A stretch of 58,555 bases of DNA from Ruminococcaceae bacterium UBA2719 (GCA_002353935.1 DEKP01000043.1:1-58555), one strand, 5' to 3'; shown: positions 20,399 to 32,019, counted from the stretch's first letter. Numbers and translations are program-made. The notes: generated by a model from the letters alone, not told the origin.

Positions 20399-21235
20399 TT
20401 AAACTTTTTTTAATTTGAAAGTTTCAATTTTTGTCCAAGAGCCGTAAGCAACAACTTTACGATTATCCATTATGGTGGGTCTTACCTGAAAGTAACCATA
20501 AGTATAATTTAAAATATTATGTCTCATATCGTAAGTATAAAGTGATTTGTTAACAAAATTCATATATGTAAATTTATCTGTTAGAGTATTTGAAAAGTCA
20601 TTATTCTCCAATTTGGTCCATTGTGTTTGTTTATCATACTTGAAAGCTATATCAACTGAATTGGCTGACCCGCCATTTTTTTCCACGATTAACTGGGGGT
20701 AAAACTCAAATGTCTTTCCTTTGGTTACTTTATTGTAGTCAACATAGTAACTTAAAGGTTTAAAATTTAACAAATAGCCCACGTTTGTATACTGGTACGG
20801 TTTACCGTTTTTGTCAAGAGCTGCAACCTGGCATTTGTAACAAATTTGATCTGTATTGAGGTAAGGTGTAGAAATTCTGTAGTCATCTCCATAAGGAACC
20901 CATGTTAGGCCACCGTTCAACACTTTGCTGCCAATATTTAAATATACCGATTTTTTGTTGTACGGATAAGCTTTGAGCTTAGAGTTGTTAAGTTCAATAT
21001 CAGCGTAACGACGCCAGCCGTTATTATTAGAATTAGCCGCACCAAAGTACAGACGATACTTGTAAGCTCCTAATATTCTGTTCCATACAACGTCAAAACT
21101 ATTCGAATTGGGTTTTACCAGGTTCAGCTTCGGTTTAGCCGCCGCAGAAGCCGACACGGTTGACACCGCAAGCGAGCTTATGAGTATGGCACAAACAAGA
21201 ATGATCGATAAAATTGATTTTTTGGTTTTTTTCAT
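20399..21235 (-). CDS. Secreted FN3-like domain protein, paralog A
   Basis: Signal peptide MKKTKKSILSIILVCAILISSLAVSTVSASA. FDVVWN...YKYRLYFGA...GWRRY FN3-like signature. The first ~110 nt and the RBS are nearly identical to the gene at 21350..22189. Confidence 0.7.
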   Translation of the reverse strand: MKKTKKSILSIILVCAILISSLAVSTVSASAAAKPKLNLVKPNSNSFDVVWNRILGAYKYRLYFGAANSNNNGWRRYADIELNNSKLKAYPYNKKSVYLNIGSKVLNGGLTWVPYGDDYRISTPYLNTDQICYKCQVAALDKNGKPYQYTNVGYLLNFKPLSYYVDYNKVTKGKTFEFYPQLIVEKNGGSANSVDIAFKYDKQTQWTKLENNDFSNTLTDKFTYMNFVNKSLYTYDMRHNILNYTYGYFQVRPTIMDNRKVVAYGSWTKIETFKLKKV

Positions 21236-21349
21236 TTCTTACTCCTAAATTTAAATTTATCAACAAAGCTGGTTGGCTGATTTTTCTGAAAGCATAAACG
21301 TATTAAACGATATTCAAGGCTTCTATCACTATTATTAACAGTTACTATT

Positions 21350-22189
21350 TTATACATCATAATCAGTTACATAACCAGATAAATAACCAGATACATAACT
21401 AGGTGTTGTCCATGGGCTGTAAGCAAATATTTTACCATTATACTTTATAACGCTTCTTACCTTATAAACAAGTGTAGGCTTTGACTTTAATGAAGTTTTA
21501 AAATAATAGCCTGGTCCATATTCGTCGTAATCGGGTCCATAATTGCTATAGCTAAGGTCCTTATAAGTATAAGACGAATCGCTTGGGTCTGTTTTGTAAG
21601 CTAATTGAACTGTAGTATTATAAGGAAATGTACTAAATTTGAAATAAAAGTCCGTTCTAGAATCGTCAAAGAAAGGTGATTTCCTATAATAGTATATACC
21701 TCTAGCTGTTTCTCTTGATGGCATACTTGCTCCTAAACAAACATAGTCAACATTTGTCCATGCAAGATGCCTGTCGCCATTGCCAAGAGCTTCAACCTGA
21801 CATTTGTATATCCAATTAAGCTCGAGCTTTGGTGTGGAAGTCCCCTGGTCTTGTCCATATTTATACCATTTTCTGCCACTCAGTGAACTGCTGTTGATAG
21901 TAAATTTAAAAGACGGATAGTTAGGATGTTTGGTGCAGCTGCCGGCATTAAGAACAGTAAAGCGGCGCCATCCATCTCCATTGCCAACGGCCCCAAAATA
22001 TATACGGTACTTGATGGCATTTGGCACAATGTTCCATACAACATCAAAAGATCCTGAGCTTTTAGGATTTACTAAATTGAGCTTTGGCGAAGCCGCCGCA
22101 GAAACCGACACGGTTGACACCGCAAGCGAGCTTATGAGTATGGCACAAATAAGGATGATCGATAAAATTGATTTTTTGGTTTTTTGCAT
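21350..22189 (-). CDS. Secreted FN3-like domain protein, paralog B
   Basis: Signal peptide differs from paralog A at only 3 positions. FN3-like FDVVWN...IKYRIYFGA...GWRRF signature. The mature region has diverged. Confidence 0.7.
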   Translation of the reverse strand: MQKTKKSILSIILICAILISSLAVSTVSVSAAASPKLNLVNPKSSGSFDVVWNIVPNAIKYRIYFGAVGNGDGWRRFTVLNAGSCTKHPNYPSFKFTINSSSLSGRKWYKYGQDQGTSTPKLELNWIYKCQVEALGNGDRHLAWTNVDYVCLGASMPSRETARGIYYYRKSPFFDDSRTDFYFKFSTFPYNTTVQLAYKTDPSDSSYTYKDLSYSNYGPDYDEYGPGYYFKTSLKSKPTLVYKVRSVIKYNGKIFAYSPWTTPSYVSGYLSGYVTDYDV

Positions 22190-22371
22190 TTCTTAATTCC
22201 TCCTAAAATTTACTTTATTTTGCAAGACAAGCTTTGCATATAAATTATACCAGATATTTTAGAGGAACGTCAATGTGAATTAACAATAAAATCAACGTAA
22301 TATAATCAAAAACATTTATAAAACTAAAACAAAAATTTTTTAAACTTTATTTTCACGCCTTAAGGCACCAA

Positions 22372-22410
22372 TAAAAAGCGATACGCAAAAACCGTGTACA
22401 TGCGTATCGC
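22372..22410 (-). terminator. Terminator (perfect 10-bp stem) after the FN3/C39-like gene; bidirectional
   Basis: Stem gcgatacgca...tgcgtatcgc flanked by an A-run and a T-run. Confidence 0.55.
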
Positions 22411-22418
22411 CTTTTATT

Positions 22419-23930
22419 TTATTGTACAACTATCGCCTGGGTCCCGAGCTGTTCGTATCTTTTTTGGGACAGATCCTTTGGAAATACCGATACGTCTCCG
22501 GCGCACGAATCGTTAAAATAATAGTTATCTTCATCAAAGCCTACGAGCAATAAGCAATGTTCGTTTTGCTGCCAGGTAAAGGTATCTCCCATTTTATATT
22601 TGGCGTTTTCATCAACATAGTCTATTGTCCATGAGGTAGAATCTATCGGTTCGTTCATTTGTGTAGTTGCCCAAACCATGACAGGCTGGTCGTTTACTAT
22701 ATATTTATTACATAGATAATCCAGAGATTTTCCGTCAAGCGGCACCGCTTTTAAATCTGATTTTTGATCTTTAAAGAAGTTGTTCATAGATTTTGCCATC
22801 GCCGGATTATAGATACACCAGCCCCAGCCGGAATATACGTCTCCCGAAAAAGCGCTGTTTGGGTCAGGTCCGTAACGGTCTCCTTCAACTCCGGTCACAG
22901 GCGCAGTAATCAAATAGTTGTCGGCAAATTGGAACTCAGTTATGTCAAACCCCAAATACTGCAAAAGCATTGTGCAGGCATAGGTCTCGCAGCCGGCTTT
23001 TAATTCATCCTGATTTAATACCGGAGCGCCTTTTATGTGATATTCGGTTTTCTCTTCAAATGTATACTTAAATTCATAGCCGTTTTTATCGTAATCGGAC
23101 ATTAACGCTTTTGAATCACTGCTTACACATCTGACTGTGAATTTATATGTTGTATCTTTTACTCCCTGTGTAAAACGATACGAGGTTTCTTCGGTATCTC
23201 CCGCCGTTTGATAACCGTTTCCATCGTCATATAAAACACGGTATTTTTGCGCTCCGTCCACCTTATCCCAGCTTATAAGTACATCTTGTGCATCATCTGT
23301 AACTTCTGTTATAACCGGTGTATCAAGGAAGGTAAGAGCCATTCCCTTGTTGTCAAAATCAGATTCCGCCTGACCCTTATCATTGATCCCTCTCAAAGAA
23401 AAGATATAAGTTTTGCCTTTTTTCACCTTATTGTAAGTATATTCGCCTTCCTTGGTTGTCGCTATTTTTTTAAAATCAGAATCTGTTTTAAGATATATCT
23501 CATATTTTTTGATTCCGTCTTTTTTCTCCCAAGAAAGAAAAACCTGATCTTTTGTAATTTCTGCAGCATCAAATCCCAACGCGTCATAATATGCGTTTTC
23601 AAAGCCGGGTTCATATACTGCTCCTGTTTGTTTATCGCCTTTATATGCTTTAACAGCATAAGTATGCAGCACGTTTTTTTCTACATTTTCTATCGTATAA
23701 ACATTTTCCTGCGTTTGCGCTACTTCCTGCCATTCTCCTTTTATTTTTTCAAGCAATTCGTATTTTGTCGCGCTGCGAAAATTTTTCCAGCTTACCGTTG
23801 TATGATTATCCGCATTTTCAAAGCCGGTGATTTTAGGATAAGTCGGATTAAATATTTTAACGATTATTAATATAAACACTATGCATATCGCTATATAAAA
23901 TATCATCTGATATTTCTTTTTAGATGACAT
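22419..23930 (-). CDS. Membrane-anchored protein with three FN3-like repeats and a C-terminal C39-like (papain-fold, YvpB-type) cysteine peptidase domain
   Basis: N-terminal TM; three repeats with SW...KY(E/R)(I/L/V) pattern; C-terminal GCETYACTML (Cys) and NEHCLLLVGFD (His), consistent with the Peptidase_C39_2 family. Confidence 0.65.
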   Translation of the reverse strand: MSSKKKYQMIFYIAICIVFILIIVKIFNPTYPKITGFENADNHTTVSWKNFRSATKYELLEKIKGEWQEVAQTQENVYTIENVEKNVLHTYAVKAYKGDKQTGAVYEPGFENAYYDALGFDAAEITKDQVFLSWEKKDGIKKYEIYLKTDSDFKKIATTKEGEYTYNKVKKGKTYIFSLRGINDKGQAESDFDNKGMALTFLDTPVITEVTDDAQDVLISWDKVDGAQKYRVLYDDGNGYQTAGDTEETSYRFTQGVKDTTYKFTVRCVSSDSKALMSDYDKNGYEFKYTFEEKTEYHIKGAPVLNQDELKAGCETYACTMLLQYLGFDITEFQFADNYLITAPVTGVEGDRYGPDPNSAFSGDVYSGWGWCIYNPAMAKSMNNFFKDQKSDLKAVPLDGKSLDYLCNKYIVNDQPVMVWATTQMNEPIDSTSWTIDYVDENAKYKMGDTFTWQQNEHCLLLVGFDEDNYYFNDSCAGDVSVFPKDLSQKRYEQLGTQAIVVQ

Positions 23931-24203
23931 GATTCACCTCAAATTTACTAAATTTTATAAAGCTTCATTAAATTATAAATCAACTCTTACACTTTTTCAA
24001 GAAGAAAAAGATATTATAATTCTGGATTTTGTTTAATAATTATATGCTTTTGTTATTTATGAAATCTATATTTTACCAAATAAATCATCATTTTTATGAT
24101 TGATATTTTTAATTATATCGTATTGATAACTTTTTTCGTTTATGTTAAAATATATTTGTAAAAGTCTGACTAAGGTTTATTAATAAAATAAGGAGAGATA
24201 AGC

Positions 24204-26417
24204 ATGAAAAAATTAAAAAAACTTTTATGTGTAGCCCTTACCATTTGTATTTTTGCAGCTTGTACAATAAATATAACTCAGGCAGCAACAGTACAAAACG
24301 ATTTGAAAGACCCTGCAGATAATCAAAAAGATTCTGACATCCAGGGCAACACTATTCTTCACTGCTTTGACTGGAGCTACAAAGCTATTACCGACAATCT
24401 TGATAAAATCGCAGAAGCCGGCTACACTGCTGTTCAAACTTCACCGGTTCAAGCGCCTAAGGATTATAGTCCCAATTGGCTGGATACAGATGGTCAGTGG
24501 TGGAAATTGTATCAACCGCTTGACTTTAAGATATCGAACAACACATGGCTCGGTACAAAAGCCCAGTTGACCGCTCTATGTACCGAAGCAAAAAAATATA
24601 ACATCAAAATTGTCGTAGATATCGTAGCCAATCATCTTGCAAACAATGGCACCTCAGGAGGAGGTTATGCAAAAATCAACTCTAATATCGACCCGGATTT
24701 GAAAAACGAAATTTATTTTCACACTTCAACGACCGGTGTAAACGATAACAGCCGATATAACATGACGCAATATCATTTAGGTATGCCTGATCTTAACACG
24801 GGAAATTCCTTAGTACAACAAAAAGCCCTCAATCTTCTTAAAGAATGTATAGACTGCGGTGTGGACGGTTTTCGTTTTGATGCAGCCAAACACATCGAGC
24901 TTCCAACTGATGACAGCAGTTTTGCAAGCCAGTTCTGGCCGGTCGTTATTAACGGGGCGAAAAACTATGCTTCAGAAAAGGGTGTGGATGAACCTTTCTT
25001 CTATGGCGAGATTCTTAACAGCGCCGGAACAAATATTGAAAACTATACACAATATATGGATATTACCGATAACACAGCCTCTAACCGTTCTCTTACTGCC
25101 GCTAAAAACTCCAATGCCAGTAACTTATCAAAAAACAAATATGATCTTGCAAAATCTGCCGATAAAGCCGTATTGTGGGTAGAATCTCACGATACATATA
25201 TGCATAATGAAACAAGCAGTATCTCAGACGCTACCATTATAAAAGCTTGGGCTATAACGGGAGCAAGAGCTGATTCAACTGCCTTGTTCTTTGCCCGCCC
25301 TAACAACGCTATGGGAAAAGCCAGTACAAATACTAACTGGTACTCAAAGCCTATTTCTGAAATCAATAAATTTAAAAAAGAATTTAACGGCCAAAGCGAA
25401 AAGCTTTCTTATTCAGGAAAGGTTGCTTATATAGAACGTGGCACAACAGGAGTATCTATATCAAAATTAAACGGAACCGGAGAAGTCAGCCTTTCTGCTA
25501 AAGCTATGCAAGATGGCATATATACTGATCAAATCACAGGTAACACATTTACAGTATCCGAAGGCGTTATTTCAGGTATGGTAGGCGATACCGGCGTTGC
25601 CGTAGTTTATAATCCATCCCAACCATCAATACCTAAGCCGACTATGACGATATCTAAGCTCGGCGGCAGCTTCAATGATACTATAACAATCACCGCACAG
25701 CTCACAGGCTCTTCTACTTTAGGAGCATATAAAATAGGATCTAACTCAGCCGTTACGTTTACAGACAGCACAAGTTTTACAATTGGTTCAGATATGGATT
25801 ACAATGACACAGTAACAATCGTTTATACCGCAACCGACGGAAATTTGGAAACCAAATATTCATATGAATATCGAAAAGTTAATCCAAATTATAATCCGTT
25901 TACCTTCCCAACAGAGCGCACAGTATATCTATTAGATACCGCCGAGTGGGGAAATGCTAACTGCTACGCCTGGATCAGAAATACCAACACCAGTAATGTC
26001 CCATGGCCCGGGGAGCCGATTGAAAAAGTAGGCGAATATAACGGATATGACGTATATTCATATGAAGTGCCTGAACAATTCAACATGGTTATATTTAATG
26101 ACGGAGCAAACCAAACCCCTGACCTTGCTTTTCGTGAACAATGTTACTATGATAACGGAAATAAAAAGTGGGTAAAGGTTGAAAATCCCTTTTTGATTTT
26201 AGGTGATACAGACTTATCCGGCGAAGTTGAAATTAATGACGTTACTCAAATTCAAAGATCTCTTGTTTATTTAAAAACATTAACTGCTAAACAAACTAGA
26301 GTTTCTGATGTAGACGGAGATGGAGAACTTACTATAAGAGATGCTACATTTATTCAAAGATACCTTGCTCATTTTAAAACAAACTATGATATTGGAAAAC
26401 CAATATCTAATTCCTAA
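24204..26417 (+). CDS. Secreted GH13 alpha-amylase with CBM25/26-like starch-binding module and C-terminal type-I dockerin
   Basis: Signal peptide. GH13 motifs DIVANH, GFRFDAAKH, FFYGEIL, VESHD. W/Y-rich module WPGEP...VIFNDG...TPDL. Dockerin duplicated segments DLSGEVEINDVT and DVDGDGELTIRDAT. Confidence 0.85.
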   Translation: MKKLKKLLCVALTICIFAACTINITQAATVQNDLKDPADNQKDSDIQGNTILHCFDWSYKAITDNLDKIAEAGYTAVQTSPVQAPKDYSPNWLDTDGQWWKLYQPLDFKISNNTWLGTKAQLTALCTEAKKYNIKIVVDIVANHLANNGTSGGGYAKINSNIDPDLKNEIYFHTSTTGVNDNSRYNMTQYHLGMPDLNTGNSLVQQKALNLLKECIDCGVDGFRFDAAKHIELPTDDSSFASQFWPVVINGAKNYASEKGVDEPFFYGEILNSAGTNIENYTQYMDITDNTASNRSLTAAKNSNASNLSKNKYDLAKSADKAVLWVESHDTYMHNETSSISDATIIKAWAITGARADSTALFFARPNNAMGKASTNTNWYSKPISEINKFKKEFNGQSEKLSYSGKVAYIERGTTGVSISKLNGTGEVSLSAKAMQDGIYTDQITGNTFTVSEGVISGMVGDTGVAVVYNPSQPSIPKPTMTISKLGGSFNDTITITAQLTGSSTLGAYKIGSNSAVTFTDSTSFTIGSDMDYNDTVTIVYTATDGNLETKYSYEYRKVNPNYNPFTFPTERTVYLLDTAEWGNANCYAWIRNTNTSNVPWPGEPIEKVGEYNGYDVYSYEVPEQFNMVIFNDGANQTPDLAFREQCYYDNGNKKWVKVENPFLILGDTDLSGEVEINDVTQIQRSLVYLKTLTAKQTRVSDVDGDGELTIRDATFIQRYLAHFKTNYDIGKPISNS

Positions 26418-26475
26418 TAAGCTGTTTGATAATATATAACTTTTATCTACAACAGCTTTAAAAAATTTAAATACA

Positions 26476-26510
26476 AAGCCTCTCAGAAAAACTTTTTGAG
26501 AGGCTTTTAT
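26476..26510 (+). terminator. Terminator of the dockerin amylase gene
   Basis: Stem aaagcctctc / gagaggcttt, then ttttat. Confidence 0.55.
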
Positions 26511-26525
26511 ATATGTCGTATTGTC

Positions 26526-26553
26526 TTGACAAACTCTTTATTAATAATATAAT
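26526..26553 (+). promoter_or_regulatory. proBAC promoter (-35 TTGACA, 16 bp, -10 TATAAT)
   Basis: Consensus hexamers with 16-bp spacing about 165 nt upstream of proB; no T-box elements recognised in the leader. Confidence 0.4.
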
Positions 26554-26719
26554 GATTACTGAATAAACCTTTATTTAGACTTTTTATTTCTTATACATTA
26601 TAAAGCTTCTCTTGCAAAAAACAAACGAAAAATCTCTACAATACATAAGGCTCAAACTTTTTGCTTCAATACTAATAAAGTTAGTTAAAATATAGTTTTA
26701 ATAAATTTGGAGACATATT

Positions 26720-27526
26720 ATGAAACCTAAAAGAATTGTTGTAAAAGTCGGTACGTCAACACTGACCCACAATTCCGGAAAAATTAATTTATATAATTTT
26801 GAACACCTTGTTCGCACTCTTTCCGATCTTCAGGGCAGGGGTAACGAGATTATCCTTGTTTCTTCCGGGGCTATTGCTGTAGGAGTAGCTGCTATGGGAC
26901 TTAACGAACGTCCATCAAAATTACGCTTAAAACAGGCAACCGCTGCAATTGGTCAGTGCAGAATCATGCATATATATGACAAGATTTTTTCTGAATATAA
27001 CCGCAAAGTAGCGCAAATACTCTTGAATCAGGATGACGTAAACAACGAAAATAGAGTAGAAAATCTCAAAGGCACATTTTCTGCCCTGCTTGATATGGGT
27101 GTCATACCGATAGTAAATGAAAACGACTCGGTATCTGCAGCTGAGATAGAAGCTGAAGACAGCAAGATTTTCGGCGATAATGATTCTTTATCAGCTATAG
27201 TTGCAAAATTATGCGATGCTGATTTGCTGATACTTTTAAGTGACATAGACGGTTTATATGACAGCGATCCTAAAATAAATGAAAACGCTAAATTGCTGTC
27301 CAGAGTAGATAAACTTACTCAGAAAATAATAAATATGGCGGGTTCTGCCGGAACCTGGCGAGGCACAGGCGGAATGATGACAAAGTTGTCCGCGGCTAAA
27401 ATCGCTATGGAAAGCGGATTTGATATGGTTATTACCAACGGTAATAATATGGATAATCTTTATAAAATCATTGAGGGTGAAGATATAGGCACCCGTTTTA
27501 CAGCATATAAGAAAGAGTGTGATTAA
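26720..27526 (+). CDS. proB: Glutamate 5-kinase (short form without PUA)
   Basis: Amino-acid kinase fold motifs (VVKVGTS, SSGAIA); 268 aa. Confidence 0.9.
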   Translation: MKPKRIVVKVGTSTLTHNSGKINLYNFEHLVRTLSDLQGRGNEIILVSSGAIAVGVAAMGLNERPSKLRLKQATAAIGQCRIMHIYDKIFSEYNRKVAQILLNQDDVNNENRVENLKGTFSALLDMGVIPIVNENDSVSAAEIEAEDSKIFGDNDSLSAIVAKLCDADLLILLSDIDGLYDSDPKINENAKLLSRVDKLTQKIINMAGSAGTWRGTGGMMTKLSAAKIAMESGFDMVITNGNNMDNLYKIIEGEDIGTRFTAYKKECD

Positions 27527-28775
27527 ATTGACCGAACTTGAAAAACAGGGAACCGCGGCTAAAAAGGCTTCTTTATCTCTTGCAACAGCATCAACAAAAT
27601 TAAAAAACGCCGCTCTTAAAGCTATCGCCGATACTCTTATACAAAACAAAGACGAATGGCTGAAAATGAACGCCATTGATGTAAACAACGCAAAAGAAAA
27701 CGGTATGCGCTCTTCCATGGTAGACAGATTAACGCTAAATGAAAAGCGTATAAACGATATTGCAGAAAGCATTTATCAGTTGATCGCTCTTCCCGATCCT
27801 ATCGGAAAAATGGATAACGCAATCAAAAGGCCAAACGGACTTTTGATCGGCAAAAAACGTGTTCCTTTGGGTGTTATTGCTATTATTTATGAAGCCAGAC
27901 CAAACGTTACAGTAGACGCCGCCAGCCTTTGCTTAAAATCAGGCAACGTTTGTATTTTGCGCGGCGGCAAAGAAGCAATAAATTCAAATCTCTGCGCAGT
28001 AAAATTAATGCGTAAAGCAATAAGCTCAGTCGGTTTGCCCGAAGACTGTATTTCAATCGTAGAGAACACCGACAGAGAATCTGCAAACGAGCTCATGCAC
28101 CTGGATAAATATGTAGATGTACTTATTCCCAGAGGCGGAGCCGGTTTGATCAGAGCTGTATCTAAAAATGCAAGTGTTCCGGTAATCAGAACCGGGGAAG
28201 GCGTATGTCATATTTACATTGACAACGACGCAGATCTTGATATGGGCGCAGAAATTTTATACAACGCAAAATGCTCCCGACCGTCTGTATGTAACGCAGT
28301 AGAATGTGTTCTTATAAACGAAAATATAGCCAAGCCGTTTTTAAACAAAGCGACTACTTTACTTAATAAAGATAAAGTCGAACTGCGCTGTGACGAAAAA
28401 GCGTTAGGGCTCGCTGGTTCGCAAGGAATTTTAGCCCAAGACAGCGACTGGGACGCAGAATATGACGATTATATTCTCGCTGTCAAAGTTGTTAAAAACA
28501 TTGACGAAGCAATAGAATTTATAAATATTCACGGCAGCGGTCACTCCGAGTGTATCATAACAAATAATTATAATAAGGCTCAGCATTTCCTTGACGCCGT
28601 AGACGCCGCTGCGGTATATGTTAACGCCTCTACACGCTTTACAGATGGAGGAGAGTTTGGTCTGGGAGCGGAAATTGGCATTTCAACTCAGAAAATGCAC
28701 GCCAGAGGTCCAATGGGTCTTGATGAGATGACCTCATATAAATATGTTATTTACGGCGACGGACAGATAAGATAG
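27519..28775 (+). CDS. proA: Gamma-glutamyl phosphate reductase (glutamate-5-semialdehyde dehydrogenase)
   Basis: Aldehyde dehydrogenase fold with catalytic Cys region (SRPSVCNAVE); overlaps proB stop; start GTG 27519 or TTG 27528. Confidence 0.9.
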   Translation: MIKLTELEKQGTAAKKASLSLATASTKLKNAALKAIADTLIQNKDEWLKMNAIDVNNAKENGMRSSMVDRLTLNEKRINDIAESIYQLIALPDPIGKMDNAIKRPNGLLIGKKRVPLGVIAIIYEARPNVTVDAASLCLKSGNVCILRGGKEAINSNLCAVKLMRKAISSVGLPEDCISIVENTDRESANELMHLDKYVDVLIPRGGAGLIRAVSKNASVPVIRTGEGVCHIYIDNDADLDMGAEILYNAKCSRPSVCNAVECVLINENIAKPFLNKATTLLNKDKVELRCDEKALGLAGSQGILAQDSDWDAEYDDYILAVKVVKNIDEAIEFINIHGSGHSECIITNNYNKAQHFLDAVDAAAVYVNASTRFTDGGEFGLGAEIGISTQKMHARGPMGLDEMTSYKYVIYGDGQIR

Positions 28776-28785
28776 GAGAGTTTTT

Positions 28786-29583
28786 ATGTCTAAATTTGGT
28801 TTTATAGGTGTCGGAAATATGGGATCAGCGCTTGCAAAAGCAGTTTCAAAAAAGGTATCGGCTGAAAATATCCTTTTATCCGACTATTCAAAAGAAAAAG
28901 CTGAAAATTTTGCAAAAGAGATTGGCGCTGTTGCTGCTGACAATCAAACTGTTGCAAAAGAAGCCCGCTATATATTCTTAGGTGTTAAGCCCCAGGTTAT
29001 AAATTCCGTTTTATCCGAGCTTTGCGATACGTTTGCAAAAAGAGACTCTCGTTTTGTAATTGTAACTATGGCTGCAGGCGTCGAAATCTCAAAAATAGAA
29101 GAAGCCTTAAACAAAACATATCCTATCATTAGAATTATGCCTAATACACCGGCATGCATAGGCGAGGGTATGATACTGTATTCTCCAAACAGCGAGGTTC
29201 TTGAAAATGAGAAAAATGAATTTCTTAAAGCAATGAGCCTGTGCGGAAAACTATTGCAATTAGATGAAAAGCTGATTAACGCAGCCACCGCAGTTTCCGG
29301 TTGCGGACCAGCATACGTCGATCTTTTTATTGAAGCTATGTCAGACGCCGCTGTTGCCTGTGGTCTGCCCAGAAATGTTGCGCTTGAGCTTTCAGCGCAA
29401 ACGGTAAAAGGCTCTGCCGCTCTTGTACAAGAGCTCAAAAAAAGTCCGGCAGAATTAAAAGACGCTGTCTGTTCTCCCGCAGGCACAACTATTCAGGGAG
29501 TCAGAGCTTTGGAAGAAGCCGGTTTTCGCGGCGCTGTTATGAACGCTGTCATAGCCGCATATGAAAAAAGCTTTAAGCTGTAA
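28786..29583 (+). CDS. proC: Pyrroline-5-carboxylate reductase
   Basis: N-terminal Rossmann GxGxMG (FIGVGNMGSA); P5CR C-terminal dimerisation domain. Confidence 0.9.
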   Translation: MSKFGFIGVGNMGSALAKAVSKKVSAENILLSDYSKEKAENFAKEIGAVAADNQTVAKEARYIFLGVKPQVINSVLSELCDTFAKRDSRFVIVTMAAGVEISKIEEALNKTYPIIRIMPNTPACIGEGMILYSPNSEVLENEKNEFLKAMSLCGKLLQLDEKLINAATAVSGCGPAYVDLFIEAMSDAAVACGLPRNVALELSAQTVKGSAALVQELKKSPAELKDAVCSPAGTTIQGVRALEEAGFRGAVMNAVIAAYEKSFKL

Positions 29584-29633
29584 AAAGCATAAAATTATTG
29601 ATAGTCTCACAATTATCACCTTCTTATATTCAT

Positions 29634-29683
29634 GCGTAGCCTAAAATACGTTGTTAAATCGTATTTGGCTGCGCTTTTCTTTT
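29634..29683 (+). terminator. Terminator of proBAC operon
   Basis: Long hairpin gcgtagcctaaaatacg...cgtatttggctgcgc followed by ttttctttt. Confidence 0.6.
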
Positions 29684-29766
29684 AGCATTGTATATTTTTG
29701 CAAAAAATTATATAAAACTAAGGCTTTTTATGCTTGCGCTTGAATTCAAAATTTGATATAATATAG

Positions 29767-31269
<1,503 letters not shown>

Positions 31270-31385
31270 AAACCGTCTTGCGGTAGGAGGAATAAACTAA
31301 TCCACAGTATCTCTAACAGTATAGCATACGGTCCTTGGAAAGGGACTCTAATAACTACTACTATATAATACAAGGAGAAATAGTT

Positions 31386-31847
31386 ATGTTTGATAAAGTA
31401 TTTGGAGAATTAACCTATGATTATGATTGGAACGGAGAACTTGAGCTTAATTGGTTTGGGGAGGTTATAAAAGTCGATCTTGTCATAAACTGCGAAGAGG
31501 ATGAAAAATTTGATGATCTACAATACCAATCTTTTCAAAAATTTATTGATAATTGGAAGGAAATTGAGAGTTTTCTCTTAGATGAGATACTGTTATATTA
31601 TAATGACCTTCGAGAAGAATTAGGATTTAGCGATGGTAGTGACAAAAACTATCCTGAGGTAACTTCTGTAAAAGAAATCAAAGAAATGATAGAACTTGAC
31701 ATGATAGTAATTCCGTATTCTGATATATATGACGGAAGAAGCGTTACTATGGCTTTTAGTTGTGATTGGGATGCAGAGAATGGCTTAGGAGTTTTATTAG
31801 TTAATGAAAAGATTGAAGAAATTGGGTATCAAGATGTGGCATTTTAA
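31386..31847 (+). CDS. Small acidic Trp-rich hypothetical protein
   Basis: ORF with RBS aaggag 7 nt before ATG 31386; no recognisable catalytic motif; the track start at 31335 is an upstream extension. Confidence 0.5.
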   Translation: MFDKVFGELTYDYDWNGELELNWFGEVIKVDLVINCEEDEKFDDLQYQSFQKFIDNWKEIESFLLDEILLYYNDLREELGFSDGSDKNYPEVTSVKEIKEMIELDMIVIPYSDIYDGRSVTMAFSCDWDAENGLGVLLVNEKIEEIGYQDVAF

Positions 31848-31978
31848 CAAATTATAAGATGCAGATGATTTCATAACTATACACAGTTAGGTTAATTTAT
31901 GAATTATAAACTTTATTTCTTTTCCGCAGTTTCAAATTTGTATTTGTTCAGTAGACATTATTTAATATAAAATAAAAA

Positions 31979-32019
31979 ATCAGCAGACCCCGCCGCGAGT
32001 AGTAATTTTCGCGGCGGGG
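31979..32019 (-). terminator. Rho-independent terminator of serS
   Basis: GC-rich stem ccccgccgcga / tcgcggcgggg. Reading the minus strand, the T-run comes after a short spacer (tctgctgattttttatttt). Confidence 0.5.

Noticed and set aside
26554-26719. Possible T-box leader upstream of proBAC (as in Bacillus)
   Set aside because: No T-box consensus (AATTAGGGTGGNACCGCG-like) or specifier-loop architecture recognised; only the promoter is called
27254-27772. 172-aa minus-strand ORF spanning the proB/proA junction
   Set aside because: Antisense to two well-supported genes; no independent support
31979-32019. GC-rich hairpin as a plus-strand terminator for the small ORF at 31386..31847
   Set aside because: The hairpin is not followed by a T-run on the plus strand. 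The T-run is on the minus strand, so it is assigned to serS
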